In this document: in pieces, positions 53,137 to 64,000 of the stretch
Layout of the letters: the number at the start of each line of letters is the position of its first letter
Numbering within the stretch: the first letter of the stretch is position 1
DNA from: Botryllus schlosseri
Lineage: Eukaryota
Length of the DNA stretch: 64,000 nucleotides
Direction: 5' to 3'
NCBI GenBank assembly: GCA_051294905.1
Contig: CM119372.1
Location: 34,164,001-34,228,000, forward strand
Notes under the pieces: model-generated
What the model saw: the letters and a program-made list of their open reading frames with translations, nothing else
Told to the model about the DNA's origin: nothing
Database searches by the model: none
Translations under genes and position numbers: made by a program

Positions 53137-54261
53137 CAAGGGTGTCTAACATACAGCCGGTCAGACGAGTTCACCGGTCCGCAAAGCCATTCTGAGTAGA
53201 TTGAAAAATCCTTTGATTATACAGCACATTTCTAACAAATGTTTTAGTAAAAAATACTTCCATCAAATAATCACTCATGGCAGCAAATGTTAAGCATGTT
53301 CATTGTTCATAGACCACATTATAACCATCCGACAGTGGTCTTGTGGTTTAACTCTATGCACCCTTAGAAACAAGTCTACGACATTGATACCCAATTCCGA
53401 GAACACAAAAATTGCACACTCAATTCATAGTTTTATGGACAAATTACCGAGAAATAGTGCGAAAACGTCAGTGCAAAAACCGTTATGTGCAGTGTATGAA
53501 GAATATAATGTAGTCGCACAAAAGTAATAATCAAATATCCGTGATCGCAGTGCTGAATAACTTCTGATTCAAAAGATCCAGGCTTTCAGAGAAACCCGTA
53601 TCGCGATTGCATGATAGCCAACGTCCGCGTCTGCGGTTAATATTTCGTGGATTCCTCACAACGCATACGCAACGGTAACGGCAGATTACGACTAAAACTA
53701 GGGTTACCATACGCCCTCTTTTAAGCGGATTTCTCCTTTTTTTGACATTTTTGAAAGTGTCATCTTTTCGGAGAATTTGTCGTCTTTGTCAACGATCTTG
53801 GTTAAATGTTTGTCAAAATTCAACTGATATACATATAATCAGTGCTCAAATAACGGTACGGCGGGTCTTCCGAGAGTTGAGCCTGAAAGTTGAAAATTTT
53901 TTAGAAAGTGTTCTCTATTCAGATTCCAAAAATATGGTAACCCTACTAAAACAAAGTGAGGATTTCGTGACGTGCCTATACCTATATCGCCATTTCAGCC
54001 ACTGTTGTAGTGGTATTTAACTGTATTCAACCGGTAAATCATCGTATTTTCCCAATTTCGTCGTTTAAGAATAACGGTGTAGCTAGAATCGAACCCGTAT
54101 ATGCTCCATATTATAATAAAATGTTTGATAATAATCATTCAGGTGGAAATTGCGGGCATGGACTTCGAGGTAACATTATGGAACCATTTGGGTGGTGTGG
54201 CCAGCGAGCGACAGGAAAGTTTGTATCCCACCGGCGACGCAAATTGAGTTTGACACCCCTG
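53137..54261 (+). mobile_element. Family A hAT element with nested TAGGG MITE (53699-53945)
   Basis: TIRs CAAGGGTGTC / GACACCCCTG; TSD CTCTACCC/CTTTACTC (6/8); nested MITE flanked by CTAAAAC. Confidence 0.85.
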
Positions 54262-54387
54262 CTTTACTCGATTCACTCATGTACTCATTTTGCATAACAG
54301 AATCGAATATATGCTACAAATACAATATGCTATAGCGCAGACGAGCCATATAAAACTCACCTAAGTAAGATTGTAGTCGGATATACC

Positions 54388-54736
54388 TAGGGTTACCATA
54401 TTTTGGAAATCTGAAAAGAGGACACTTTTTCACAATTTTCAGACTTGCAAAACCGGAGGAAAATCCTGAAAAAATGGTAAACTTTTCCCACTTCGTGGTC
54501 GGTCGACTAAAAAGAAAAGGTCAACTTTCCGGCTCAGCTCCCGAAATACCCGCCGAAGCGTACTTCGGTGCTGATTTCCGGCATCTCAGTCGAATTTGAC
54601 CGTAAATTTGACCAATATTCTCAAAAAAGAGAACAAAATCTCAAAGAATGAGGACAAAAGGACGTCCTCTTAGATCGCTTTCAAAAAAGTCAAAAAAGAG
54701 GACAAATCCACTTAAAAGAGTACGTATGTCAACATT
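54388..54736 (+). mobile_element. TAGGGTTACC MITE (right end degenerate)
   Basis: Same start and AAAAGAGGAC repeats as the 49258, 55267 and 62617 copies. Confidence 0.8.
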
Positions 54737-55266
54737 CAATGTAGCATTCTCTATGAGTATACTCTCAGTCTACCACATGTTAGACAAAATCACTGAAGCT
54801 ATTCCAAGCTATGTACTGGCAGTGTGATGGTAGCGTTTAGCGGCTTCGACGTGCTGGGATGCAATGGTAGTGGATCTCCGATCTGCTGCGTCTTTTTGTC
54901 GATAACATCCCGCTCCGCTTCTTTTGGGACTTCATCTTTTCTTTTGGCGGAAACGCCAGATGTACTAGAAACCGAGTCTTGGCGTGTACTCAGGTACGCT
55001 TTGGTAGCGTGCCACAATTGACTGAAATAGTTCAATGTATTGATTATTAACATCACGCGTAAGTACCGTTCGCAATGCTTCGAGTCGGGTATAGTGACAA
55101 ACTTAATGTTCTTTCTAAGCTGCGCGCGCGACAAAGTCGATTCATCCTGTTATGGCCCCATAATGAGTAGTCCTCGAATATTCAAGGCAGCGTCTATTCG
55201 ACTCGTAATTGATTCACTGATATATTGGATTTTACCCAACCCTAAATGACCACATTTCCTATATCG

Positions 55267-55659
55267 TAGGGTTACCATATTTTGGAAATTTGAAACGAGG
55301 ACACTTTTTCAAAATTCTACAACTTGCAAAACCGGAGGAAAATCCTGAAAAATGGTAAATTTTCCCCACGTCGTGGACGGTTGACAAAAAAGGTCAACTT
55401 TTTCGCTCAAATCCCGAAAAATTGAGTTTTTCTTTCACATCATCAGGTCGTTGGCTAACAAAAGGTCAACCTTCCGGCTCAGCTCCCAAAATATAGCCGC
55501 CGAAGCGTTACAGTCGAATTTTGCCCTATATTTAACCAAAATTCTCAAAAAAGAGGACAAAATCTCAAAAAGAGGACATTTGGGCGACCTCCGAAGACAC
55601 TTTCAAAAAAGTCAAAAGAGAGGTCAAATCCCCCTAAAAGAGGACGTATGGTAACCCTA
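55267..55659 (+). mobile_element. TAGGGTTACC MITE
   Basis: TIRs TAGGGTTACCATA / TATGGTAACCCTA. Confidence 0.85.
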
Positions 55660-55739
55660 CTACATGAGCTATGCAAGCCTTTTCCATAACGTTCTATTCA
55701 TAAAACTTTATTTTAATTGGCGAATTGTAGGCTATATCG

Positions 55740-58070
55740 GAGACACACACCTGGATCCGTAGTTGTAGCAGAGAGGGTTAGCACATTCTGTTGCTCTCAA
55801 TAGGGTGTATGATATGTTCCAGGAGAGCCATTTTGCACGTGCCGATAGTAGAGTTTTAGCGATGCCGAATGAGGCCAAATACCGATATACTGTTAGATAA
55901 AAGTAGCTAAGAGTAAGACTATATTCTTACAACGACTGATCTGTCTTCCTAGTGAATCCTAGTCAACTGAGTTACAACTCAATGAAGTCACTTTGAGTCA
56001 AACGGCTATTTTTTTTTATAGCAATGACAAACTTACCAAGACGGCTCGACACAAGATCGGGTGGATTGGATAAGGGTGAAAAACTGCGTACCTGGCGTCT
56101 TACAAATGCGATAGGTACTTTTCTTGCAAATAAGGTCACTGTTTGCGTTTCCGGTCGTGACATTGAGATTCGTGAGATTTGTTATACGGTAAACGAATGT
56201 GCGTAATGCGTATGGTAGATCGATACAAGCCATGAACTGTGAATCTTTCCATCAAGCTGATACCATAACTATATGTACATCTTTGTGATATTATAGATAT
56301 AGCAAAGAACAAAAAGCGATCTTGGGTCAATCCAAAATCTCTCTATTTGCTTCATAATTTCTCCTGGTAAGATATCTGAAGGAACTAAATCGCTTATAAA
56401 TAAATTACGGAAACAGTCCAGATAAAATGTGCCGTGCGCACTCACCAAGTGGGACGGTGCAACCAACCAGATAACACAAAGCGATGACTGCCACCTGGCG
56501 GAATGCCGCCCGATGCTTCTTCACTCTTTTTGTTGTCACAACTAGACCTGTCAGACATAGGAGGGCGTTAGGAAAGTTACAAGCTTGTTGGGACCTCATA
56601 ATCACTTCGTATACTAACATAAGGTATGTATTTTTTGAGCAGATTTATTCAACTTGTTTTCGTGCCTAGCTTGATTTCGTGTCATAAATTTCTGGATCTT
56701 AATATGGGTACCCACCTTCGGAAGAATGGAAATAATATATATTTTTTTAATTCGTATAATACACAAAAAAGAGTGCAACTGTATTTGAAATTATGACATA
56801 ACGGTATATTTCTAGTATCGCTTGAGGCCGTTAATATTTTAGTTTCAGGTTGTACAATGTACTTCCTGCCGTGCCGGACCCTTTCCCCCCTTAACGCAAC
56901 ATAGACCTATCTGAAACGAAGGAAATATAACACTTTCATAGTGACAGTTTACCACGTGATCGGCCTACTAATCCCCATATCACGGCCACTTAATTCGTTC
57001 TTCGATATTCTCTCATTATTGCATGATGAATCCTGAGTATATAAACAGGTTTTCAGGGTTTTAAGATATGAGACCCTTTAACGCTACCTACGACAATGAT
57101 GTATCCGAATAAACTGTATTGAGTGTATCAGTGGATCGAGAATTCACTACCAGGACAGCAGTGGACGCAGGCCAAGCTACTGGTACAGCGCAAGCCATTA
57201 TCTGATTAGCACCCATTGTACTTCAGGCATTGCGAATCCGTCAATCTGCTGCACTGCTGTAGCAGGCCGGTTAGGTGCATAATATTTCCATCCCAGGACA
57301 CTCCAAGATATACTAAGTTTCTGTCAGTTTTGAGCGCGTAGTATAGTTAATGATGGTCAAGGCAGGCGTATTTTCAAGAATCTTATCCATGAGTTGGGTT
57401 TGTGTCTGTTGAGATGTTTATCATGGATGATAAATTCGCGTGTTTAATTCATTTTCAGTGGCAAATGGACGACACACAGGTCGCATGCTGCACGCAGGTA
57501 CCCATACCTTAAATCCGAATTGGCCAGTAGCAACTGTGCAATAAAACACTCTTATGCCCATTCTTAAGATTCTGCAGATGGGAAATAACAGGGCTTCTGC
57601 TAGCATTAAGAATGGCAATTTAACATACCTGCAGTGTAAGCAAGAGGAGCGGCTTAACACAGCACAGAAAACTATCATTACCGGTAATGATCAAAAAATT
57701 ATAGTCTGTCAATCTTTCAGTTCAGTAGGCTATCTAAGGAATCAGGATTCTTGGTTCGTGATTACTCACACACTTCATCGATTTCTTGCCCACTCGCCGA
57801 CTGCTAAGTTCAAACGCAGCACGCTATATGCGTAATCATACTTTTCCCTGAGCTCCAGTTATAGGCTCATTGATGTTTTCTTAGATAATCTCCGAAATGA
57901 GTTTCACCGACCCAGCGTTTTTGTAATTTTCCAAATTTAGGACAGCCCCAGTGTTCAGACAATTCCGGTGGTTAAATCCTAACGGGTGAATAAAAGCCAT
58001 GGCAATATGTATTCCTTTTCATGCGAACACGTACCAGCATAGACCAACCGTATATATATTGCATAAAGAA
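55740..58070 (-). pseudogene. Class A (rhodopsin-like) GPCR pseudogene
   Basis: TM2 YSVLRLNLAVGE (57790-57830); TM3/4 NFPNALLCLTGLVVTTKR...VAVIALCYLVGCTVP (56440-56580); TM7 ISYTLLRATECANPLCYNYGS with NPxxY at 55765-55779; stops and frameshifts. Confidence 0.7.
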
Positions 58071-58879
58071 TTCGAGGTTTGATATAGCTGTAAGACCGGA
58101 GTAAAATCCGTAAAAATTGCTAAAAGTTTGTTGTTGGTTGACTAAAAAAAGGTTATCTTTCTGGCTCGGCCCCAGAAATAGACACTTTCATTGAATAAGA
58201 ATATAAAAACACTTTTTGACTCAGCCCCCGAAATACACGCCGGACCGTTACTTCATTACTGATTTCCTATATCTCAGTTTAATTTTAACATAGATTTACC
58301 GAGATTTTCAAAAAAGAGGACAGATTCTCAAAAAATAGTGCAAAAGTGTCAAAAAAGAGAACAAATCTCTTCAAAGAGGACGTTAGGGATATTCAGAATT
58401 GACCGACTTTTAAAAGTCACGATTTCAGTCCGTTCCCATGCCCTATGCCCTAAAAACATATTCCAGCTACTTTTTATCTGTAACTCATCCCTTGCATCTG
58501 TGTGCATATTGAGCTGGAAGAATATCGGCTGAAAATGGGAGATTCCCCTAAAATTTGAGTGCCACGATTTTATTAGGCCTACTAAAATGCCATATATGTC
58601 AGGGTTTTAGGGGCTGTTGTGGTTTGGGGAGATGCAAAACTTCACTGTAGATATTTTCCCGAGTTCAGGACACACTTTTCGTATTGCACACTGTCTTTGA
58701 AATCCTCAAACCTACCTAAAACTGAGCAAAATTTGGCACGATTCTCCATGTAAAATGATACAACTGTAAATGCACCATCCAATCGCCCAGCGACATCGTA
58801 AATATCTTATTATTTAATGAAACGTAAGAACATAACGAGGAAATGGATAACGAAGCGAAACAACACAACAAATAAATGT

Positions 58880-59136
58880 GGCGCAGTTGTATAATCCGCG
58901 GCTGCAACACCGATGGGTGCGGATTCGAGTCCGACCGAGGTCGACTTCCGAATTCTGATACCTAAGTGGTTGAGGTTTACCTAGGCTCCTCATACGCGTC
59001 AGCGGTGTCTTACAAAAGCCTAGAGGTGGGCCGTGGTATAAGTCGGCAGTTACGGAAAATAAGAAGAATATCGGCCTGGTGTTAATGACCATAGTTGTCG
59101 ACAAACACCATGAATACCCCAAAACAAACAAACAAA
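58880..59136 (+). mobile_element. tRNA-derived SINE
   Basis: A-box-like TGGCGCAGTTG, B-box-like GATTCGAGTCC, (CAAA)n tail, 14-bp TSD CAACAAATAAATGT (58866-58879, 59137-59150); missing from the mirror arm. Confidence 0.85.
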
Positions 59137-59902
59137 CAACAAATAAATGTATTAATTTGAAAAACTTCTCCAATACCAATAAGATTGATGGGTTGATTTT
59201 TCGAAATTTTAAAATCTTTGCCGGAGATCTTCCAAGACTTGTAAGAGACGGGCTTGCTGTTTTCTGTCGTCAGATATGTTCACTGTACATCGCGTGGTCT
59301 GTATTTAATTTTATCATACATTCTGCTGGATCTTTAAGTACTTGACTGTTATTACCGAATTCCCGAGCACTCATGAAATGCGGATACCTATGCCATTCGG
59401 AAACTGGAATACTTGTCCAATGATGCTTTACCACCATACCATCAATGTGAACGAAGAAGACGTCTCAAGCAAATCAACGATCAAAACCTGGCATAGATTT
59501 GGCTTACAGTGGCTTTCAGAGTAGTAAATTTAGATGGATGATCAGATAAATATCGTGCATCTCCAAAATCAGCTGCTTGTGCAGATATAAAAGAGTTCTC
59601 TGTATGTTTAGTTGGCCACTTGCTGCTCGGAGCACCTCTAGCAGTTCAGTCTTAATCTTTTTTCCCGATTTTAACTAACAATTCGTCATCATTGGCATCA
59701 ATCGCTCCTAATATGTGAGCCCGATCATGGTGAAATGCTATGCCTTAAAATTTCCTTATCATCTGCAAAAGGTCTGTTGGCTTCAACTGTCCCAGACCAA
59801 GGATATGTGGCAACATCACAATGTGACTTCGAAGCTGCACTGCGTAAGATATGAGATATATGAAAGGAAACCATAAAGCTATTTCGAAAATTGATGCAAA
59901 AT

Positions 59903-61150
59903 CAGAGGTGGTCAGTAACGAAGTACCTCTACTTTGTCGAAGTACTCAAGTAGTTTTACACTACTTGTGGTACTTACTCAAATTAATCTAATTTCCGCTA
60001 CTTCTACTGCTACTTCGTAATATTTTGTGATCTGCTTACTTACTTTACGCTGTTTTCAGTTTGTCAAGTAGAAGTAGTACCATCCTCCGATTTGAACGAG
60101 AGACTGAGGAATTTCGGGGTTGTTTTCATTGAGTACTGACATTTGATTTTCATAAAAGTTATCTAAAGCCCAGAATTTTCATCGCGCTTCGTGCAAAGAA
60201 GATATGGAGTGACAAGTATATGTTTTCAGGACAGTGTTCGTGAATAGGCTATAACTTAGGTAGCGGTAGCGTGGCTCCCTTTACTCACGCCGCATTGTCG
60301 TCCATATGAAATAGTTCATCATAGTAAATATGCCCCATCATAATGTTTGAAATTAGTAGTTTCACAATCAAGCCTTTGCCTATCATATCGTAATCGAGCA
60401 GTCCAGCATATGGCGTGTCCTAATCTGGAAAAGTGGACCCTGACTTTTTGATCATGAAACCTGTTTTAGCAAACCACTGTTGAAGCGATCTGGACAAGAG
60501 ACATGTAATACATTTTTCGCTGTTCAGAAATGGTGCTTGTATTTCTTATTTAGTTTGCAGTATCATTAATTTCAGTTCCTTTGTCTGGATCTGGAGAAGT
60601 TACATGTTGAAGTTTAAAAGCAAGCCTTTATTTTCCAAAAATAAAGTTACACTATGGTATGGCCTTTTTACGATCCGTTATATTTTCTATTGAAGTATAC
60701 TAATCTCGCACCGATACAGCTTTTCGGTATTGCTCTTAGACTAAACTATAAGCCTCATAATATGGGTGAGGGCGCCGCACCGTGACGTTTCCTAAAACGG
60801 TGTGTTCGGGTAAACAAAGATTAGTGTCCATAGCGATATCCTTTGCACCCCATGATGCGGACGAATGCTTATGCTCTTGAATATTGATATCTTATGTGAT
60901 GCAGCAATATTAACCAAGCTCTCTGCACCTTCCGTATAGCTGAATTTGCAGCTCCATGCGAACGTATTATGACCGTTTTCCGAACTACTTACTTACTTGA
61001 GTAGATTTTAAGCCAGGAAATTCTACTTCTAATTTAAATAGTTTTAGGTTGCTTCTAAAAAGAGTACTTCTACTCGTACTTGAGTAGATTTTTGCGTCGC
61101 TACTTCTACTTCTACTTGAGTAGCCTTCTTGATTACTTTGACCACCTCTG
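59903..61150 (-). mobile_element. Family B hAT element at the centre of the palindrome
   Basis: TIRs CAGAGGTGGTCA / TGACCACCTCTG; perfect TSD TGCAAAAT. Confidence 0.92.
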
Positions 61151-62479
61151 TGCAAAATCCTCATTTGGGACGATCAAAGAACGATAAGACATAACCTTCG
61201 ACCATTATTAGGGAGATCCCAGATCAGAAACGATTCGCGGCAAAGATGAATTGTTGAAAGTTAAAATCAGACAACTAGAAAAAGACTGAACATACCTAGA
61301 AGACGGCCTGCAGCAGCATGAAGTAGCGGATGTGAACTTATAGCCAGAGCACATCTATCTTATTCACAGGCAGCTGACACCCCTCCTAGCAGGGATTTTG
61401 AATTCGCACCAAATGCACATTATTCATATAATCATTCATCAGCATTTGTGACTCTGAAAGCTCTTGTGAACCTATTCAATGACAGATATTTTTCTTATGT
61501 TTGTAATTGTGTATTTGATTGGGACTGAATTGTGGTAATATTGATGATATAGCTGTGTAGAACACCATCATGTCGAGTCTTCCAGTGCCAGAACGGCATG
61601 GTGATCCGCGTTGCATGAGTGCTCAGGAATTCGTGAATCGTGGTCAAGAACTTAACGGTACAGCAGCTCGTATGATGAAATTTAATACCGACCACGCTAT
61701 GTTCATACCTGACGACAGAAAACACAAGCCAGTCTCTTACAAGCCGTGGAAGATCTCCGACAAAGATTTCAAAAATTCGAAATATTGACCTATTCATGGA
61801 CCTGATTGGTCTTGGAATTTTGTCAAATTAATCCATTTCTTTGATATGTAGTGTCGTTTCGTTATCCGTTTTCCGTTATGATATTACGTGTCATTGAATA
61901 ATAATCTATTTACAATGACGCTGTGCAATTGTATGTTGCATTTACAGTTATATTCTTTTACAAGATGAATCGTGCAAAATGATCATAAGTTTTGGGTAAG
62001 TTTGAGGATTTCCAAGGCAGTGTGCAATATGAAAATGGTTCTCCTGAACTGACAAATATATACAGTGAGATTTTGCATCACCTCAAACCACAACAGTTGC
62101 CTAAACCCTGACATATATGGCATTTTAGTATAGGCTAAGTAAAATCGCGACACTCAAATTTCAGGGGAATTCCATATTTTAAGCCGATATTCTTCCAGCT
62201 CACCATGGACACAGATGCAAGGGTGAGTAACAGAAAAAAGTAGCTTGATTATATTTTTAAGGCATAAGGCATGCGAAACGGACTGAAAACCATGACTTTT
62301 TAAAAGTCGGTCAATTCTGAACAACCCTAGAGGACGTATGGTAACCCTGTGTAAGACGTCAATCCAACATATCTCGCTCACAGGTTTTCATAACAAAATA
62401 GGAATAAAAGAGTCAGTGGTAAGTGATGACTGATCGACTTTTACGTTGACCTAGTTTTCATTTGCTTTACCCTACACAC

Positions 62480-63075
62480 TTATTGGGTTGGGAACGCTTC
62501 AGACGCAACGTATATAAAGGTAGAACCACCTAAACAGCATTTCGCAATAACTAAATGACTTGGCGAAGTGAATGTAATGTGCGCAATAACCATGCAGCTG
62601 CAAACGACCAGATACGTAGGGTTACCATATTTTGGAATCGGGAAAGGAGGACACTTTTTCAAAATTTTCAAACCCAGAATTCCGGAGAAAAATCTTAAGA
62701 AAATGGTAAATTTTTCTCACTTCGTGGTCGGTTGCCTAAAAAAAGGGCATTTGACAGTAAATTCGACCAAAAGACTCAAAAAGAGGCGAAATCTCAAAAA
62801 GGAGAACATTTGGGCGTCCTCGGAAGACATTTTCAAAAACCGGAAAAAGGTGGGAAAATCCTCCCAAAGGAGGACCTATGGTAACCCGTAAGATACGGAA
62901 AATAAAAAAGGTTTTCAATAACGACTGTGAAGGTACCGTATTGCCGATAATTGTGCTACCAAACCCTACCTTGTACTTGGTTCATCTTCCGTATATTGTA
63001 ACAAATGATGATCGAGCATACAACGATTCCCACAGTCGGTATATGTACAAGAACGGGTGCCGTATACTTCATGTG
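62480..63075 (-). pseudogene. GPCR-like remnant (TM5-TM7) split by TAGGG MITE 62617-62890
   Basis: PVLVHIPTVGIVVCSIIICYNIRK (TM5), RQYGTFTVVIENLFYFPYL|VVCSCMVIA (TM6, frame continuous after removing the MITE and one AGATACG), FIYVASEA..NPI (TM7-like). Confidence 0.55.
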
Positions 63076-63686
63076 CACCCTCTTAACTCCTTCCCTAAAT
63101 ATATCAGGGATGGTTTAAGATCCAACCCAATTGACAATACGATTCAGGTCTCGCACATGCGGCTGGGGGCAATAGTCAGGGGGCGAAAAGCGTGAATTCA
63201 CCCCCAAAGTTTCGATTGGCGTGTTACGACTCCATTCGTTTTCACTACAAAACATTGAATATGTGCGATGCCAAGTGTTTATTTCATAATTTTTACCTCC
63301 CATTCCCAAGAGTTTATTCCCGGCTACGCCTCTGCTCAGGGATAATGTCATTCAATAGGAGGGGGTTGAAATTGAGTCTCAATGAATCGATCATATCTAT
63401 ATTGTAGTACGAGTGTTACGTATTGGAGGGGATTCTGCATATTATTCCATCAAACAAATTTCTCTTTCATATAATATTCTCAGTATATAGCAAATATGGG
63501 TGTTCCGTTGTAATGTCTCTCCTCTTGCTATACCCTGCTGCAGATGGTCTGACTGCAAGGGTACGAACCTATTAATGACCACTGACCAGTGTGGGTTGAC
63601 TAATTAAAATAAGAGCATGCTTTGAACTTCAAATCATAATTTCATAGGCTGTTGACTAATTCAGCATCGGTAAGATATCAACATAC

Positions 63687-63853
63687 CAGTGCGGAGCGGT
63701 TCGACAAATTCTCTGGTCCGGCTCCGATCCGGTATTTCAATTCTCTGGTCCGGCTCCGGCCGTTTCAGGAAGAAGTACTGATCCGGCTCCAATCCGACTC
63801 CGGCCCAAAATAAAAAAAAAGTCCGGCCGGAAATCCAGCCTAACACGGTACTG
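63687..63853. mobile_element. Small (TCCGG)n-rich MITE-like element
   Basis: CAGT...ACTG termini and repeated CTCCGG/CCGGC motifs; no TSD. Confidence 0.45.
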
Positions 63854-64000
63854 TGGTTCCGTCAATTTATAAATATGGCTCGTTTGTTTTCGCAATGGCT
63901 CGGCGGTTACTTGCGTGTGGTTGGTTGGTTGGTAGTTATTTAGTTACAAACGTCATGCTTATCCATACAGATTTTAGCCTTATCAAAAAAGTACTGATCC

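Larger units (their letters stand above)
58384..62329. mobile_element. Palindromic TAGGG-ended hAT element made of two inverted transposase 3' ends
   Basis: 58384-~59750 is a diverged reverse complement of ~61160-62329; perfect TSD GAGGACGT (58376-58383, 62330-62337) inside a TAGGG MITE; both arms carry hAT C-terminal-like peptides. Confidence 0.88.

Overview
Eukaryotic, AT-rich, transposon-saturated genomic DNA from an invertebrate animal (short GT-AG introns and the repeat families suggest a marine invertebrate such as an ascidian; this is inference only). I found no intact protein-coding gene. Host layer: a decayed cluster of 7TM/class-A-GPCR-like pseudogenes. Three + strand paralogues share a signal-peptide exon ending E(T/S)R| and a second exon starting YHxxxPGW (1273, 11746, 37489; two lie in a ~10 kb direct duplication, ~1000-11640 vs ~37220-44300). 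Several - strand remnants lie between ~48 and 63 kb, one with a clear NPLCY TM7. There is also an intronless UNC93-like MFS pseudogene (18585-19933). Mobile layer: an 11.35 kb Phantom-type Mutator element (23586-34936) with 16-bp tandem-repeat foldback TIRs and an 8-exon FLYWCH+MULE transposase pseudogene. It splits a THAP + Harbinger/ISL2EU-type transposase gene and is itself hit by hAT elements, one of them just before the last sense codon. Also present: a Galileo/P-like foldback element with a 7-bp palindromic TSD (7313-10285); a palindromic hAT element built from two transposase 3' ends (58384-62329); many hAT MITEs with 8-bp TSDs; a tRNA-SINE family; LINE and Gypsy remnants; and a repeat carrying a minimal-hammerhead-like motif. 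All identity figures are by-eye estimates.
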